Assembly (NCBI GenBank): GCA_963702475.1
Contig: CAVPCT010000001.1
Location: 96,001 to 160,000, forward strand
DNA length: 64,000 bases
Source: an uncultured Thermoleophilia bacterium
Lineage (GTDB): Bacteria; Actinomycetota; Thermoleophilia; UBA2241
Direction of reading: 5' to 3'
How positions within the stretch are numbered: position 1 is the stretch's first letter; each line of letters begins with the position of its first letter. The notes beneath the pieces were generated by a model, which saw nothing but the letters and a program-made list of their open reading frames with translations, had not been told where the DNA came from and did not search any database. The position numbers and the translations under genes are program-made. Shown one piece after another: positions 9,523 to 19,479 of this stretch.

Positions 9523-10392
9523 TCAGGGGTACTGCACGGAGCGCTTGGAGAGGCCCAGGAAGTAGCCGTCCACCGGCGTGACCGGCGCCGCTCCGGGCTC
9601 GCCGGCCCCGACGGTCACGAACAGGGGCGCGAAGTGCTCGGCGCGCGGGTGGGCGTAGCGTGCCGATGGGACCGAGCAGAACGAGGCGAGCGCCTCGGCG
9701 TCACCGCTCGCGAGCGTCTCCGCCGCCCAGGCGTCGAACTCCGCCGACCACGCCGGCGGCGGTGCGTCGCTGCGCCAGTCGGCGAGGAACGGCAGGCCGT
9801 GCGTCAGGAAGCCGCTGCCCACGATCAGCACCTCCTCATCGCGGAGCGGCCGCAGATGGGCGCCGAGCGCCAGCAGCCGATGCGGCTCGAGCGAGGGCAA
9901 CGAGAGCTGAAGGACGGGTACGTCGGCGTCCGGATACATCACGAGGAGCGGTACGTACGCGCCGTGGTCCAGCCCCCGCACCGGGTCGGCGGCGACCGGC
10001 TCGGCCGCCTCGAGCACCTCCCGTACCCGGGCGGCCAGCCACGGCGCCCCCGGCGCCGCGTACGCCGCCCGGTAGTAGCGCGCCGGGAACCCGTAGAAGT
10101 CGTAGACGAGCGTGGCCTCACCGCTTGTGGCGCCGGCCGTGACGCCGGCGGTCTCCCAGTGCGCGGAGACCATCAGGACGGCCCGCGGCCGCGGCAGCGC
10201 GTCCGCCCAGGCCCTGAGCTGCGTGACCCACAGGGCGTCGTCCACGAGAGGCGGCGCTCCGTGGCCGAGGTAGACGGCCGGCATGCGGCCGGCGGCAAGG
10301 CCCTGCGCGGCGGTCGCCGCCACGTCCGTTGCGGCGCGCTCGAGCTCATCAGGGGCGGGCTGTCGGGACGGAGCCCACGGCGATGTGTCCAC
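9523..10392 (-). CDS. Class III extradiol ring-cleavage dioxygenase (DODA/LigB family)
   Basis: YLGHGAP, SAHWE, YDFYGFP, RGLDHG, GSGFLTH, AHP.AEHF; start either GTG 10392 (RBS GAAGGAG) or ATG 10284. Confidence 0.85.
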   Translation of the reverse strand: MDTSPWAPSRQPAPDELERAATDVAATAAQGLAAGRMPAVYLGHGAPPLVDDALWVTQLRAWADALPRPRAVLMVSAHWETAGVTAGATSGEATLVYDFYGFPARYYRAAYAAPGAPWLAARVREVLEAAEPVAADPVRGLDHGAYVPLLVMYPDADVPVLQLSLPSLEPHRLLALGAHLRPLRDEEVLIVGSGFLTHGLPFLADWRSDAPPPAWSAEFDAWAAETLASGDAEALASFCSVPSARYAHPRAEHFAPLFVTVGAGEPGAAPVTPVDGYFLGLSKRSVQYP

Positions 10393-10495
10393 GGCATCTC
10401 CTTCAGTGCCGGCCTCCGGAGGTCCCGGCGACTCAGACCCTGTGTTCCCCGGCCGCTCGGGCGGTGAACGGGCGCCCCCTGCTATCATCGCCGCC

Positions 10496-11851
10496 GTGGA
10501 CGCGCGCGCGGGAGTGGATGCCGGACGGGTCGCCGGATTGTGGCGGCGCGAGCTCGCGCGCTACGAGAGTGACCACCCGCGCTGTCTGGCCCTGCGCGAG
10601 CAGGCCCGGGGCAGCATGCCGCACGGCGTGCCCATGAGCTGGATGGTGAGCTATTTCGCGCACCCGCCGGTCTGGGTCACGGAGGGGCACGGCGCCCACT
10701 TCCACTGCGCCGACGGGCGCCGCTTCCTCGACACCAACGTCGGCGACAAGAGCACCTTCTGCGGCATCGACCCTGCGCCGGTCGTGCGCGCCGTGCAACG
10801 GCGCGTGGCCGCCGGCTCCCAGTTCATGCTGCCCACCGAGGACGCCCTCGCTGTGGCGGAGGAGCTGGCCCGGCGCTGGCGCCTGCCCGGCTGGCAGTTC
10901 ACGCTGTCGGCGTCGCAGGCCAGCACGGAGGCCCTGCGCCTGGCCCGACACGCCACGGGCCGGCGCAAGGTGCTCAGCTTCGTCGGCAACTACGGCGGAC
11001 ACGGCGACGAGCTTCTCGTGGCCTGGTCCAGCCGCCGCGACATGACGTACCTGGGGCTGCCTCCTGGGGCCGAGCGCGACGTGGACGTGGTGGAGTTCAA
11101 CGACCTCGAGGCGCTGGGAGACGCGCTCGGCTCGGAGCGGTACGCCTGCGTGTTCACCGAGCCGGCGCTGACCAACTGCGGGGTCGTGCTGCCCGAGCCC
11201 GGCTTCCACGAGGGCCTGCGGCGTCTCACTCGCGAGACGGGCACGCTGCTCATGCTCGACGAGACGCACACGCTCATCTGCGGGCCGGGCGGTCTGGCCG
11301 GTCGCTGGCGCCTCGAGCCCGATCTCGTGGTGGTCGGAAAGGGCATCGGCGGAGGGCTGCCGTTCGGCGCCTACGGCATGAGCGCCGCGCTCATGACGGC
11401 GTTCGAGCGCGGCGAGAGCCTCGCCGGTGACCGCGGCGAGCTGGCCACCGGCGGCACCCTGTTCGGCAACGCCCTCTCGATGGCCGCGGCTCGCGCCTCT
11501 CTGGAAGAGGTGCTGACGGCCGAGGCGTACGACCGGGCGGCCCGGCTCGGCGGCCTCCTGGCCGACGGCCTGGAGGCCGCCGTGGCTGCCGCGAGCCTGC
11601 CCTGGAAGGTGCAGCGCCTGTACCCGCGCTCGGGGCTCTCCCTGAGCGGCCGGTTCGCGCGCAACGCCTCCGAGGCGGATGCGGACGAGCAGCCCGAGCT
11701 CAACGCGCTCATCCGGCTCGGCCTCGCCTACCGCGGCGTGTGGGAGGCCATCAGTACGGCCGGCCCCGCCATGTCGGTGGCGGCGACGGAGGCCGACGTG
11801 GCCACCTACCTGGCCGCCTTCCAGGAGATCCTCTCTGCGCTGACCGGCTGA
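10496..11851 (+). CDS. Class III PLP aminotransferase (glutamate-1-semialdehyde aminomutase-like)
   Basis: EPALTN, LDETHT, PDLVVVGKGIGGG (PLP Lys), GGTLFGN; TATCAT 7 nt before the GTG suggests a leaderless start. Confidence 0.85.
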   Translation: MDARAGVDAGRVAGLWRRELARYESDHPRCLALREQARGSMPHGVPMSWMVSYFAHPPVWVTEGHGAHFHCADGRRFLDTNVGDKSTFCGIDPAPVVRAVQRRVAAGSQFMLPTEDALAVAEELARRWRLPGWQFTLSASQASTEALRLARHATGRRKVLSFVGNYGGHGDELLVAWSSRRDMTYLGLPPGAERDVDVVEFNDLEALGDALGSERYACVFTEPALTNCGVVLPEPGFHEGLRRLTRETGTLLMLDETHTLICGPGGLAGRWRLEPDLVVVGKGIGGGLPFGAYGMSAALMTAFERGESLAGDRGELATGGTLFGNALSMAAARASLEEVLTAEAYDRAARLGGLLADGLEAAVAAASLPWKVQRLYPRSGLSLSGRFARNASEADADEQPELNALIRLGLAYRGVWEAISTAGPAMSVAATEADVATYLAAFQEILSALTG

Positions 11852-12005
11852 AGCCGGACTGCCGGCGTGCCGCTTGTTCCACCACGCGGAGGCATGTGGC
11901 CTCGGGCCGCGAACATTTGGGCGGCACCCGGAGAGGCGCCTGCGACGACACGGCCTGTCTGTTCCGGACATGCCGGCGTCTGCGCGGACGCATGGAGATG
12001 AGGGC

Positions 12006-12404
12006 ATGGGATCCAGCATTCTCGTCGCCGAAGACGATGAGGACCTGCGCAGCCTGTTGCAGCACGCGCTCGAATCGGACGGACATACCGTGGTGACGGC
12101 CGCGAACGGGAGGGATGCGCTCGAGATCTACCGGCTCGCCGCGCCGGACCTGCTGGTGCTCGACGTGATGATGCCGCGCCTGAGCGGCTTTGAGGTGCTG
12201 CGGGAACTGCGCGAGTCCGGCCAGCTGCGCGCGGAGTCGCCGGTGCTCGTGCTGACGGCGAGGTCGTCCGAGGGCGACGTGCTCGCCGGGTTCGATCTGG
12301 GAGCGGCCGACTACATGACCAAGCCGTTCATCCTCAGCGAGCTCCGTGCCCGCGTGAAGCTCCTGCTGGCGCGCGCCTCGAGCGGTAGCGCGCCGCTCGG
12401 CTGA
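12006..12404 (+). CDS. Single-domain response regulator (REC)
   Basis: ILVAEDD, LDVMMP (phosphoacceptor Asp), LTA, KPF; no output domain. Confidence 0.9.
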   Translation: MGSSILVAEDDEDLRSLLQHALESDGHTVVTAANGRDALEIYRLAAPDLLVLDVMMPRLSGFEVLRELRESGQLRAESPVLVLTARSSEGDVLAGFDLGAADYMTKPFILSELRARVKLLLARASSGSAPLG

Positions 12405-12474
12405 GACTGCCGGCGAGGCTCGAGCGAGGCCTGGCGCGCCCGGCCGAGACGCCCACGCCGTACGGCCGGGAGGG

Positions 12475-13902
12475 TCAGTCCGCGCCCATCTTCGTGCCGC
12501 TGTCCGCTACGTGGAAGCCGGTGCGCCGCATCTCGCCCCAGCCACCCTTCTTGCGCAGGAAGTCGACCGAGGCCTGCACGCGCCAGAACGCCTGGAGCTG
12601 CCGGTACCCCAGGTTCTCGACGATCGCCGCAGCCAGAAGGGCGAGAATGTCGCGGCGCCGTGACGGGTCGGCCGCCTGCAGGTCGTCCAGCAGGAGCGAG
12701 GCCACCGAGAGCAGCATGCCGTACCCGACGGCGAGCAGGAAGAAGAGGGCGAAGTACCACCCGTTCACGCCTCCCGTCGCCACGGCGACCACGAGCGCCA
12801 CGTAGCCGGAGACCTCGATCAAGGGGCCGGCGACCTCGATGAGGAGGTTGTACGGCAGACCGAGCATCCCGATCGGGCCGCATCTGGGCCTGAAGAGCAT
12901 ACCGCGGTTGTACGCGAGGCACTCCAGCAGTCCGCGATGCCAGCGGTTCCGCTGGCGTCGCAGGACGCGGAGGCTCTCAGGGACCTCCGTCCACACCACA
13001 GGGTCGGGGATGAAGACGATACGGTAGCGCTCCCCTCGCTCGCGGGCCTGGCGGTGCAGCCGGAGGACGAGGTCCATGTCTTCGCCGACGGTGTCGGTAC
13101 GGTAGCCGCCCGCGTCGAGGACCGCCTGCTTCTTGAACACGCCGAACGCGCCGGAGATCACGAAGAGCGAGTGCAGCCGGCTCCAGGCGGTGCGTGTGCC
13201 GAGAAAGGCGCGGAGGTACTCCACGACCTGCAGCCGCGCCAGACGGTTGGACGGCAGGTGCACGCGGACCACGCGGCCATCCAGGATCTCGCACCCGTTG
13301 GCCACGCGCACGATGCCGCTCGAGGCGAGTGTCTCGCGCGGGCGCTCCATGAACGGCTTCACCACGCGCAGCAGGGCGTCGCGTGCCAGCAGGGCGTCCG
13401 CGTCAATGGCGCAGAACAGCGGGTACCTGGCCGCGTTGAGCCCGGCGTTGAGTGCGTCGGCCTTGCCGCCGTTCGCTTTGGACAGCACGGTGAGGTTGGG
13501 CGCCTGCCTGGACACGTAGATGCCTCGTACCTGGTTGCACGGGACGGTGAGTCGCAGCGGCCGCTCGATCTGCTCCAGGGCGAACGCGTCCCGGAGCCGC
13601 TGCAGCGTGCCGTCGGTCGAGCCGTCGTCGATGACCACGATCTCGTACTCCCCGTACTCGAGCAGCCGCAGCGAGTTGACCGCCTCGACGATGGTCTCCT
13701 CTTCGTTGTACGCGGGCATGAGGACGCTGATGGGCAGCGTGAGAGGTGAGCGCAGGATGGCGTCGTACCCACCGAACGAGAGCCGGCGGGTGTGCCTGCC
13801 GGCCTCGGGGAAGGCGATCACAAGCAGCACCGTGTACACGGTGTTGACCAAGAGGAAGAAGGCCAGCACGGCGTAGTTGAAGACGAGCAGTGCGTGGCTC
13901 AC
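12475..13902 (-). CDS. GT2 processive glycosyltransferase (PgaC/IcaA-like)
   Basis: PAYNEE, DDGSTD, NGGKADALN, DAD, GED, QRNRW; flanking TM helices; GTGA overlap with the upstream HEAT gene. Confidence 0.9.
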   Translation of the reverse strand: MSHALLVFNYAVLAFFLLVNTVYTVLLVIAFPEAGRHTRRLSFGGYDAILRSPLTLPISVLMPAYNEEETIVEAVNSLRLLEYGEYEIVVIDDGSTDGTLQRLRDAFALEQIERPLRLTVPCNQVRGIYVSRQAPNLTVLSKANGGKADALNAGLNAARYPLFCAIDADALLARDALLRVVKPFMERPRETLASSGIVRVANGCEILDGRVVRVHLPSNRLARLQVVEYLRAFLGTRTAWSRLHSLFVISGAFGVFKKQAVLDAGGYRTDTVGEDMDLVLRLHRQARERGERYRIVFIPDPVVWTEVPESLRVLRRQRNRWHRGLLECLAYNRGMLFRPRCGPIGMLGLPYNLLIEVAGPLIEVSGYVALVVAVATGGVNGWYFALFFLLAVGYGMLLSVASLLLDDLQAADPSRRRDILALLAAAIVENLGYRQLQAFWRVQASVDFLRKKGGWGEMRRTGFHVADSGTKMGAD

Positions 13903-14942
13903 GGCGTCACCGACTGCAGCGACCAGGTGGTCAGGACGGCGGCGGCGCGCTCGCTCACGTAGCGGTCGGGGTGATCGCGGAGCTTCTCGAGCTGGCGGCG
14001 GCCGTCCGCGCCCAGCCGGGCCAGCGCCTCCGCGCAGTTGAGGCGTACCCACCAGTTGACGTCCGGCATGGCTTCCGCGAGCAGGGGCGCCACCTCGGGG
14101 CGCCCGAGGCGCCCCAGGGCCTTGGCGGCCTGGGCGCGCACCTGCCAGGCGTCGTCCGCGAGGGCGTGTTCCAGCGCCCGTTCGGCCTTGGGGCCGCCGA
14201 GCTTGCCGAGGGCGGCGGCGGCCTGGGCGCGCAGGTCAAGGTCGTTGTCGCCGCTGACCACCGCCACCAGCGGGTCGATGGCGAGCGGATCACGGATCTC
14301 GCCGAGGATCTGCACCACGGCCACGCGCACGTTGTGGTCAGGCGCTCCGAGCAGGAAGATGAGCGGCGGCACGGCCCTGGGCCCCATGCGCATCAGGTTC
14401 TCGGCGATGAGAGAGACGGTCCAGCGCGACGGATCCGCCAGGGCGCCGGCCAGAGCCGGCACGGCGGCCGGATCGCCGATCATCGCCAGCGAGCGCGCGG
14501 CGACTGTACGCACGTCCTCGCTCTCGTCCTTGAGGGCGGCGATCAGCGCGGGCACCGCGCTTCGCACTGCGAGCCGGCCCAGCAGGTCCGCGGCCCGGGC
14601 GCGGCGCCACTCGTCCCTTCCCCTCAGATCGTCGAGCATCCGCGCGGCCAGCCCGGTGGTCTCGACGCAGCGCGTGATACGCCGGGCCTCGGCGCCGCGC
14701 ATCGACGCGGCGTAGCGCACGGCGAGGTCGAGCAACGCGGCCTTGCTGCGCTCGTCGAGCCTGCGCATCTGCGTTCCGTTGAGGATCCATGCCTCGAACG
14801 GCCCACGCAGTGATTCCACGAGCGCCGCGTGCGCGCGTGCGCGTCGCACGACGAGCGCGCGCCGCGCGAGCATGCCGATCAGCAGGGCCGCCGTCACTCC
14901 GTACAGCGTCAGCGCGGCCAGCGTGAGGAGGTGCAGATCCAC
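13899..14942 (-). CDS. Membrane-anchored HEAT-repeat (PBS lyase-like) protein
   Basis: N-terminal TM; repeated VR..AA..LG.LG...AVP.L..AL.D units. Confidence 0.85.
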   Translation of the reverse strand: MDLHLLTLAALTLYGVTAALLIGMLARRALVVRRARAHAALVESLRGPFEAWILNGTQMRRLDERSKAALLDLAVRYAASMRGAEARRITRCVETTGLAARMLDDLRGRDEWRRARAADLLGRLAVRSAVPALIAALKDESEDVRTVAARSLAMIGDPAAVPALAGALADPSRWTVSLIAENLMRMGPRAVPPLIFLLGAPDHNVRVAVVQILGEIRDPLAIDPLVAVVSGDNDLDLRAQAAAALGKLGGPKAERALEHALADDAWQVRAQAAKALGRLGRPEVAPLLAEAMPDVNWWVRLNCAEALARLGADGRRQLEKLRDHPDRYVSERAAAVLTTWSLQSVTP

Positions 14943-14994
14943 CGCGTCACGGGATTCGGCGCGCCCGAGAGAAAGCCTTGCGCCGAAAGGTTCG

Positions 14995-15023
14995 TTGTCT
15001 GCTAATCGTTAGCCTGCTACCAT
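14995..15023 (+). promoter_or_regulatory. Housekeeping-sigma promoter of the marR-ABC operon with a palindromic operator in the spacer
   Basis: TTGTCT-N17-TACCAT; spacer contains GCTAA-TCG-TTAGC (15001-15013). Confidence 0.65.
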
Positions 15024-15050
15024 TCTCCGACGACCCGCCTGAGGAGCTCG

Positions 15051-15638
15051 GTGATCCCACCCGTACGACACCTCGAGGCAGACGGCCCTGTCGGCGCCGA
15101 CGAGACGTCTGCCGACGCCTTTCGCGCGTTCCATCGCGCGTTGCGGCTGCATCGCCGCGCGCTGATGCAGGCGTTCGCGGCGCGCGGCATCCACCACGGG
15201 CAGGCCATGTGCCTGCGGCTGCTCGCCGGCGGCGGCGAGATCACCCAGCGTGACCTCGCCGGCGAGTTGCACGTGTCCTCGCCGACGGTGACGAAGATGG
15301 TCACGTCCATGGAGCGCACCGGCCTCGTGCGGCGGTACCCGGACCAGGCCGACGCGCGGCTCGTGCGCGTCGAGCTCACCGACGCGGGCCGCGCCCAGGA
15401 AGAGGAGATGCGGGTCGCCGCCGGCGAGTACGTCGAGCGGACCTTCGCGGCGCTCGCCGTGGGCGAGCGCCGCGAGCTCGCCCGCCTGTTGGACAAGCTG
15501 GCCGATCGCATCGCCGAGGTCGCCCCGGTGAAGGACGCCGCGGACCTCGACGCCTGCCCCGCGGGTGCGGCGCACCCGCGTGTGCCGGCCGCCGACGCCG
15601 GTGTGGGGCACAGCTCCGGCCCGGAGGACGGTCGGTGA
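15051..15638 (+). CDS. MarR family transcriptional regulator
   Basis: ITQRDLA..L.VSSPTVT.MV..ME..GLV.R..D..DAR...V.LT..G. Confidence 0.9.
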   Translation: MIPPVRHLEADGPVGADETSADAFRAFHRALRLHRRALMQAFAARGIHHGQAMCLRLLAGGGEITQRDLAGELHVSSPTVTKMVTSMERTGLVRRYPDQADARLVRVELTDAGRAQEEEMRVAAGEYVERTFAALAVGERRELARLLDKLADRIAEVAPVKDAADLDACPAGAAHPRVPAADAGVGHSSGPEDGR

Positions 15639-17365
15639 TCGCCCTGTTGCGCTCGGGTCTGCGCCCGTACTGGAGGCAGATCGTCGTCGTGCTGGCGCTG
15701 CTGCTCGTGCAGGCCCTCGCCAACCTGTATCTGCCCACGCTCAACGCCGACATCATCAACGAGGGAGTGGTCAAGGGCGACACCGCCTACATCCTGCGTA
15801 TCGGCGGCCTCATGCTCCTCGTGACTCTGGCCTACGTGGTCGCCTCCATCATCGCCGTGTACTGGGGCTCCAAGGTGTCGATGGGCTTCGGACGCGACGT
15901 GCGCGGAGCCTTGTTCCGCCGCGTGCAGAGCTTCTCCCAGGCCGAGGTGAACCGCTTCGGTACCCCGTCTCTCATCACGCGCACGACCAACGACGTGCAA
16001 CAGGTGCAGATGGTCGTGCTCATGATGCTCAACGTGGTCATCTCCGCGCCGATGATGGCCATCGGCGGCATCATCATGGCGCTGCGGCTGAACGTGCCGC
16101 TCAGCGCCGTCATCCTCGTCGCCATCCCCGTCATGGGCGTCTTCATCGGCCTCGTCATGACGCGGGCCATCCCGCTGTTCACGTCCATGCAGAAGAAGAT
16201 CGACCGCATCAACCAGCTCACGCGCGAGGTCCTGAGCGGCGTGCGCGTCATCCGCGCCTTCGACCGTGTGCGTTACGAGGAGCAGCGCTTCGACGTGGCG
16301 AACGCCGACCTCACCGACACCGGGCTCAGGGTGGGCCGGCTGTTCGCCCTCATGATGCCGATGCTCATGGTGATCCTGAACCTCGCCACCGTGGCCATCA
16401 TGTGGTTCGGCGGGCAGTTGGTCGCCGACGGCAGCATGCCCATCGGCGACCTCACCGCCTTTCTCACCTACATCATCCAGATCCTCATCGCGGTGCTCAT
16501 GGCCACCTTCATGTTCGTGATGGTGCCGCGTGCCGCGGTGTCGGCGAAGCGCATCCAGGAGGTGCTGGACACGCAGCCCAGCATCGTCGACCCGCCGGAG
16601 CCGGCCGCCGCCGCCGAGGCGGCCGGCCTGGTCGAGTTCCGTGACGTCGAGTTCCGCTACCCCGGTGCCGAGGAGCCGGTGCTCAGCGGCATCAGCTTCA
16701 CGGCTCGGCCGGGCGAGACCACCGCCATCGTCGGCGGCACCGGTAGCGGCAAGACCACGCTCATCAGCCTCATCCCGCGCTTCTACGACGTCACCGCAGG
16801 CTCGGTGCTTGTCGACGGTGTGGACGTGCGCGACATGACGCAGCAGGACGTGTGGAGCCGCATCGGCCTGGTGCCGCAGAAATCGTTCCTCTTCAGCGGC
16901 ACGGTGGCCGAGAACCTGCGCCACGGAGACGACCAAGCCGCGGATGAGCGCCTCTGGCACTTCCTCGAGGTCGCCCAGGGGCGCGAGTTCGTGGAGGAGA
17001 TGCCCGAACGCCTGGACGAACACATCGCCCAGGGTGGCGCCAACGTGTCGGGCGGCCAGCGGCAGCGCCTCGCCATCGCCCGGGCGCTGGCCAAGCAGGC
17101 GCCTATCCAGGTCTACGACGACAGCTTCTCGGCGCTCGACTTCACCACCGACGCGAAGCTCCGCGCCGCGCTGCGCAAACATACGGGCGAGGCGACGGTG
17201 ATCATCGTCGCGCAGCGGGTCGGCACCATCATGCACGCCGACCAGATCGTCGTGCTCGAGGACGGCACCGTCGCCGGCATCGGCACCCACGACGAGCTGC
17301 TGCAGAGCAGCGAGACGTACCGCGAGATCGTCGCCTCGCAGCTCGGCGAGGAGAGCGTGGCATGA
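15635..17365 (+). CDS. Heterodimeric multidrug ABC exporter, subunit 1 (degenerate NBD)
   Basis: TMD plus NBD; GGTGSGKT, VSGGQ, non-canonical Walker B YDDS and Q-switch (AQR). Confidence 0.92.
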   Translation: MIALLRSGLRPYWRQIVVVLALLLVQALANLYLPTLNADIINEGVVKGDTAYILRIGGLMLLVTLAYVVASIIAVYWGSKVSMGFGRDVRGALFRRVQSFSQAEVNRFGTPSLITRTTNDVQQVQMVVLMMLNVVISAPMMAIGGIIMALRLNVPLSAVILVAIPVMGVFIGLVMTRAIPLFTSMQKKIDRINQLTREVLSGVRVIRAFDRVRYEEQRFDVANADLTDTGLRVGRLFALMMPMLMVILNLATVAIMWFGGQLVADGSMPIGDLTAFLTYIIQILIAVLMATFMFVMVPRAAVSAKRIQEVLDTQPSIVDPPEPAAAAEAAGLVEFRDVEFRYPGAEEPVLSGISFTARPGETTAIVGGTGSGKTTLISLIPRFYDVTAGSVLVDGVDVRDMTQQDVWSRIGLVPQKSFLFSGTVAENLRHGDDQAADERLWHFLEVAQGREFVEEMPERLDEHIAQGGANVSGGQRQRLAIARALAKQAPIQVYDDSFSALDFTTDAKLRAALRKHTGEATVIIVAQRVGTIMHADQIVVLEDGTVAGIGTHDELLQSSETYREIVASQLGEESVA

Positions 17366-19353
17366 GTGCGCGGCCGCAAGGCTCCGGCGGCCCGGCAGGG
17401 CCGCGTCGCGGCCCGGGCGGGCCGCCCGGCGGCGGCCCCGGCGGCGGTCCACACGGGTTGTCCATACCCGTGAGCAAGGCCGAGGACTTCAAGGGCACCA
17501 TGCGCCGGCTCGGCGGCTTGATGCGGCGCGAGCGCCTCCTGCTCGCCCTCGTCGTCGCGCTGGCGGTGGTCAGCGTGGCGTTCGGCGTCGTCGGGCCGAA
17601 GATCCTCGGCAACGCCACCAACATCCTGTTCGAGGGCATCGTCAGCAAGCAGATCCCCGCCGGCGTGACGCAGGCCCAGGCCGTCGCCGGCCTGCGCGCG
17701 GATGGCCAGGACAGCCTCGCCGACATGCTTTCGGCGATGACCCTGAACCCCGGGCAGGGAGTCGATCTCTCCGCGTTCGGGCGCGCACTCCTGCTGCTCG
17801 TGCTCGTGTACCTGCTGAGCGCCGTGTTCGCCTGGCTGCAGGGCTACATCGTCGCGGGCGTCACGCAGCGCACCATGTACAAGCTGCGGCGCGACGTGGA
17901 CGAGAAGCTCGCGCGCCTGCCGCTCAAGTACTTCGACGACCACCCCCGTGGCGACGTGCTCAGCCGCGTGACCAACGACATCGACAACATCTCGCAGTCG
18001 TTGCAGCAGACCATGACGCAGCTCATCACTGCCGCGCTCACCATCGTCGGCGTGCTCATCATGATGTTCACCATCAGCTGGCTGCTCGCGCTCATCTCGG
18101 TGCTGGTGGTGCCGCTCTCAGTGGTCATCACCGTGCTCATCGCCAAGCGCTCGCAGAAGCAGTTCGCCCTGCAGTGGGAGAAGACAGGCGACCTCAACGG
18201 CCACGTGGAGGAGATGTTCACCGGCCACAACGTGGTCAAGGTGTTCGGCCGCCAGCAGGCCGCCATCGAGACGTTCGACCAGCAGAACGACGAGCTCTAC
18301 CAGGCGAGCTTCAAGGCCCAGTTCATCTCGGGGATCATCATGCCGGTCATGAACTTCGTCACCAACCTCAACTACGTGGCGGTCGCCGTGGTCGGCGGCC
18401 TCATGGTCGCCACCGGCCGCATCTCTCTCGGCGACGTGCAGGCTTTCATCCAGTACTCGCGCCAGTTCACGATGCCCATCGGGCAGGTGGCCGGCATCAT
18501 GAACGTGTTGCAGAGCACGGCCGCCTCGGCCGAGCGCGTCTTCGAGCTCCTCGACGAGGCCGAGGAATCCCCGGACGCGCAGGAGTGCGTGATGCTGGAG
18601 CACGCGCGCGGCCACATCGAGCTGCAGGACGTCTCGTTCCGGTACGTGCCGGACACCCCCCTGATCGAAGACCTCACGCTCAACGTGCGGCAGGGCGAGA
18701 CGGTGGCCATCGTCGGCCCCACCGGCGCCGGCAAGACCACACTCGTCAACCTGCTGCTGCGCTTCTACGAGATCGCCGCCGGGCGCATCCTCGTCGACGG
18801 CACGGACACGCGCTGCATGACGCGCAGCGACCTGCGGCGGCTGTTCGGCATGGTGCTCCAGGACACCTGGCTGTTCAGCGGCACCATCCGCGACAACATC
18901 GCTTACGGGCGCGAGGGGGCGAGCGAGGACGACGTCCGCGCCGCCGCGCGCGCCGCCCGCGTCGACCACTTCGTGCGCGCCCTGCCCGACGGCTACGACA
19001 CGCTGCTGGACGACGACGCCACCAACGTGTCGCAGGGGGAGAAGCAGCTGCTCACCATCGCCCGAGCCTTCCTGGCCGACCCCGATATCCTCATCCTTGA
19101 CGAGGCAACGAGCTCGGTGGACACGCGGACCGAGGTGCTCATCCAGCAGGCCATGAGCGAGCTCATGAAGGACAGGACGAGCTTCGTCATCGCCCACCGC
19201 CTGAGCACCATCCGCGGGGCCGACACGATCCTGGTGATGGACAAGGGCCGCATCATCGAGCAGGGCACGCACGCCGAGCTCATGGCCGCCGACGGCTTCT
19301 ACCATGACCTCTACGCAAGCCAGTTCGAGGAGGCGCTCGAGGAGGCGTCGTGA
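17362..19353 (+). CDS. Heterodimeric multidrug ABC exporter, subunit 2
   Basis: TMD plus NBD; GPTGAGKT, VSQGE, ILDEATS, AHRL; ATGA overlap. Confidence 0.92.
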   Translation: MSARPQGSGGPAGPRRGPGGPPGGGPGGGPHGLSIPVSKAEDFKGTMRRLGGLMRRERLLLALVVALAVVSVAFGVVGPKILGNATNILFEGIVSKQIPAGVTQAQAVAGLRADGQDSLADMLSAMTLNPGQGVDLSAFGRALLLLVLVYLLSAVFAWLQGYIVAGVTQRTMYKLRRDVDEKLARLPLKYFDDHPRGDVLSRVTNDIDNISQSLQQTMTQLITAALTIVGVLIMMFTISWLLALISVLVVPLSVVITVLIAKRSQKQFALQWEKTGDLNGHVEEMFTGHNVVKVFGRQQAAIETFDQQNDELYQASFKAQFISGIIMPVMNFVTNLNYVAVAVVGGLMVATGRISLGDVQAFIQYSRQFTMPIGQVAGIMNVLQSTAASAERVFELLDEAEESPDAQECVMLEHARGHIELQDVSFRYVPDTPLIEDLTLNVRQGETVAIVGPTGAGKTTLVNLLLRFYEIAAGRILVDGTDTRCMTRSDLRRLFGMVLQDTWLFSGTIRDNIAYGREGASEDDVRAAARAARVDHFVRALPDGYDTLLDDDATNVSQGEKQLLTIARAFLADPDILILDEATSSVDTRTEVLIQQAMSELMKDRTSFVIAHRLSTIRGADTILVMDKGRIIEQGTHAELMAADGFYHDLYASQFEEALEEAS

Positions 19354-19479
19354 ACACCGCGTGACCCGGCGCGCTTTGAGCGTGCGGTAGTTTCGGGGGC
19401 GGGTCTTCACGGGCAGGTGGACGGCCCATGGACATGGAGCGCGCCCGGCTGAGCCGCTCCGCGCAGTATCATCGGCGCC

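Noticed and set aside
10496-11851. hemL
   Set aside because: The N-terminus and substrate loop (PHGVPMSWM, NYGG instead of PGGVNSPVR, YHGH) differ and no hem genes are adjacent; called only a class III aminotransferase.
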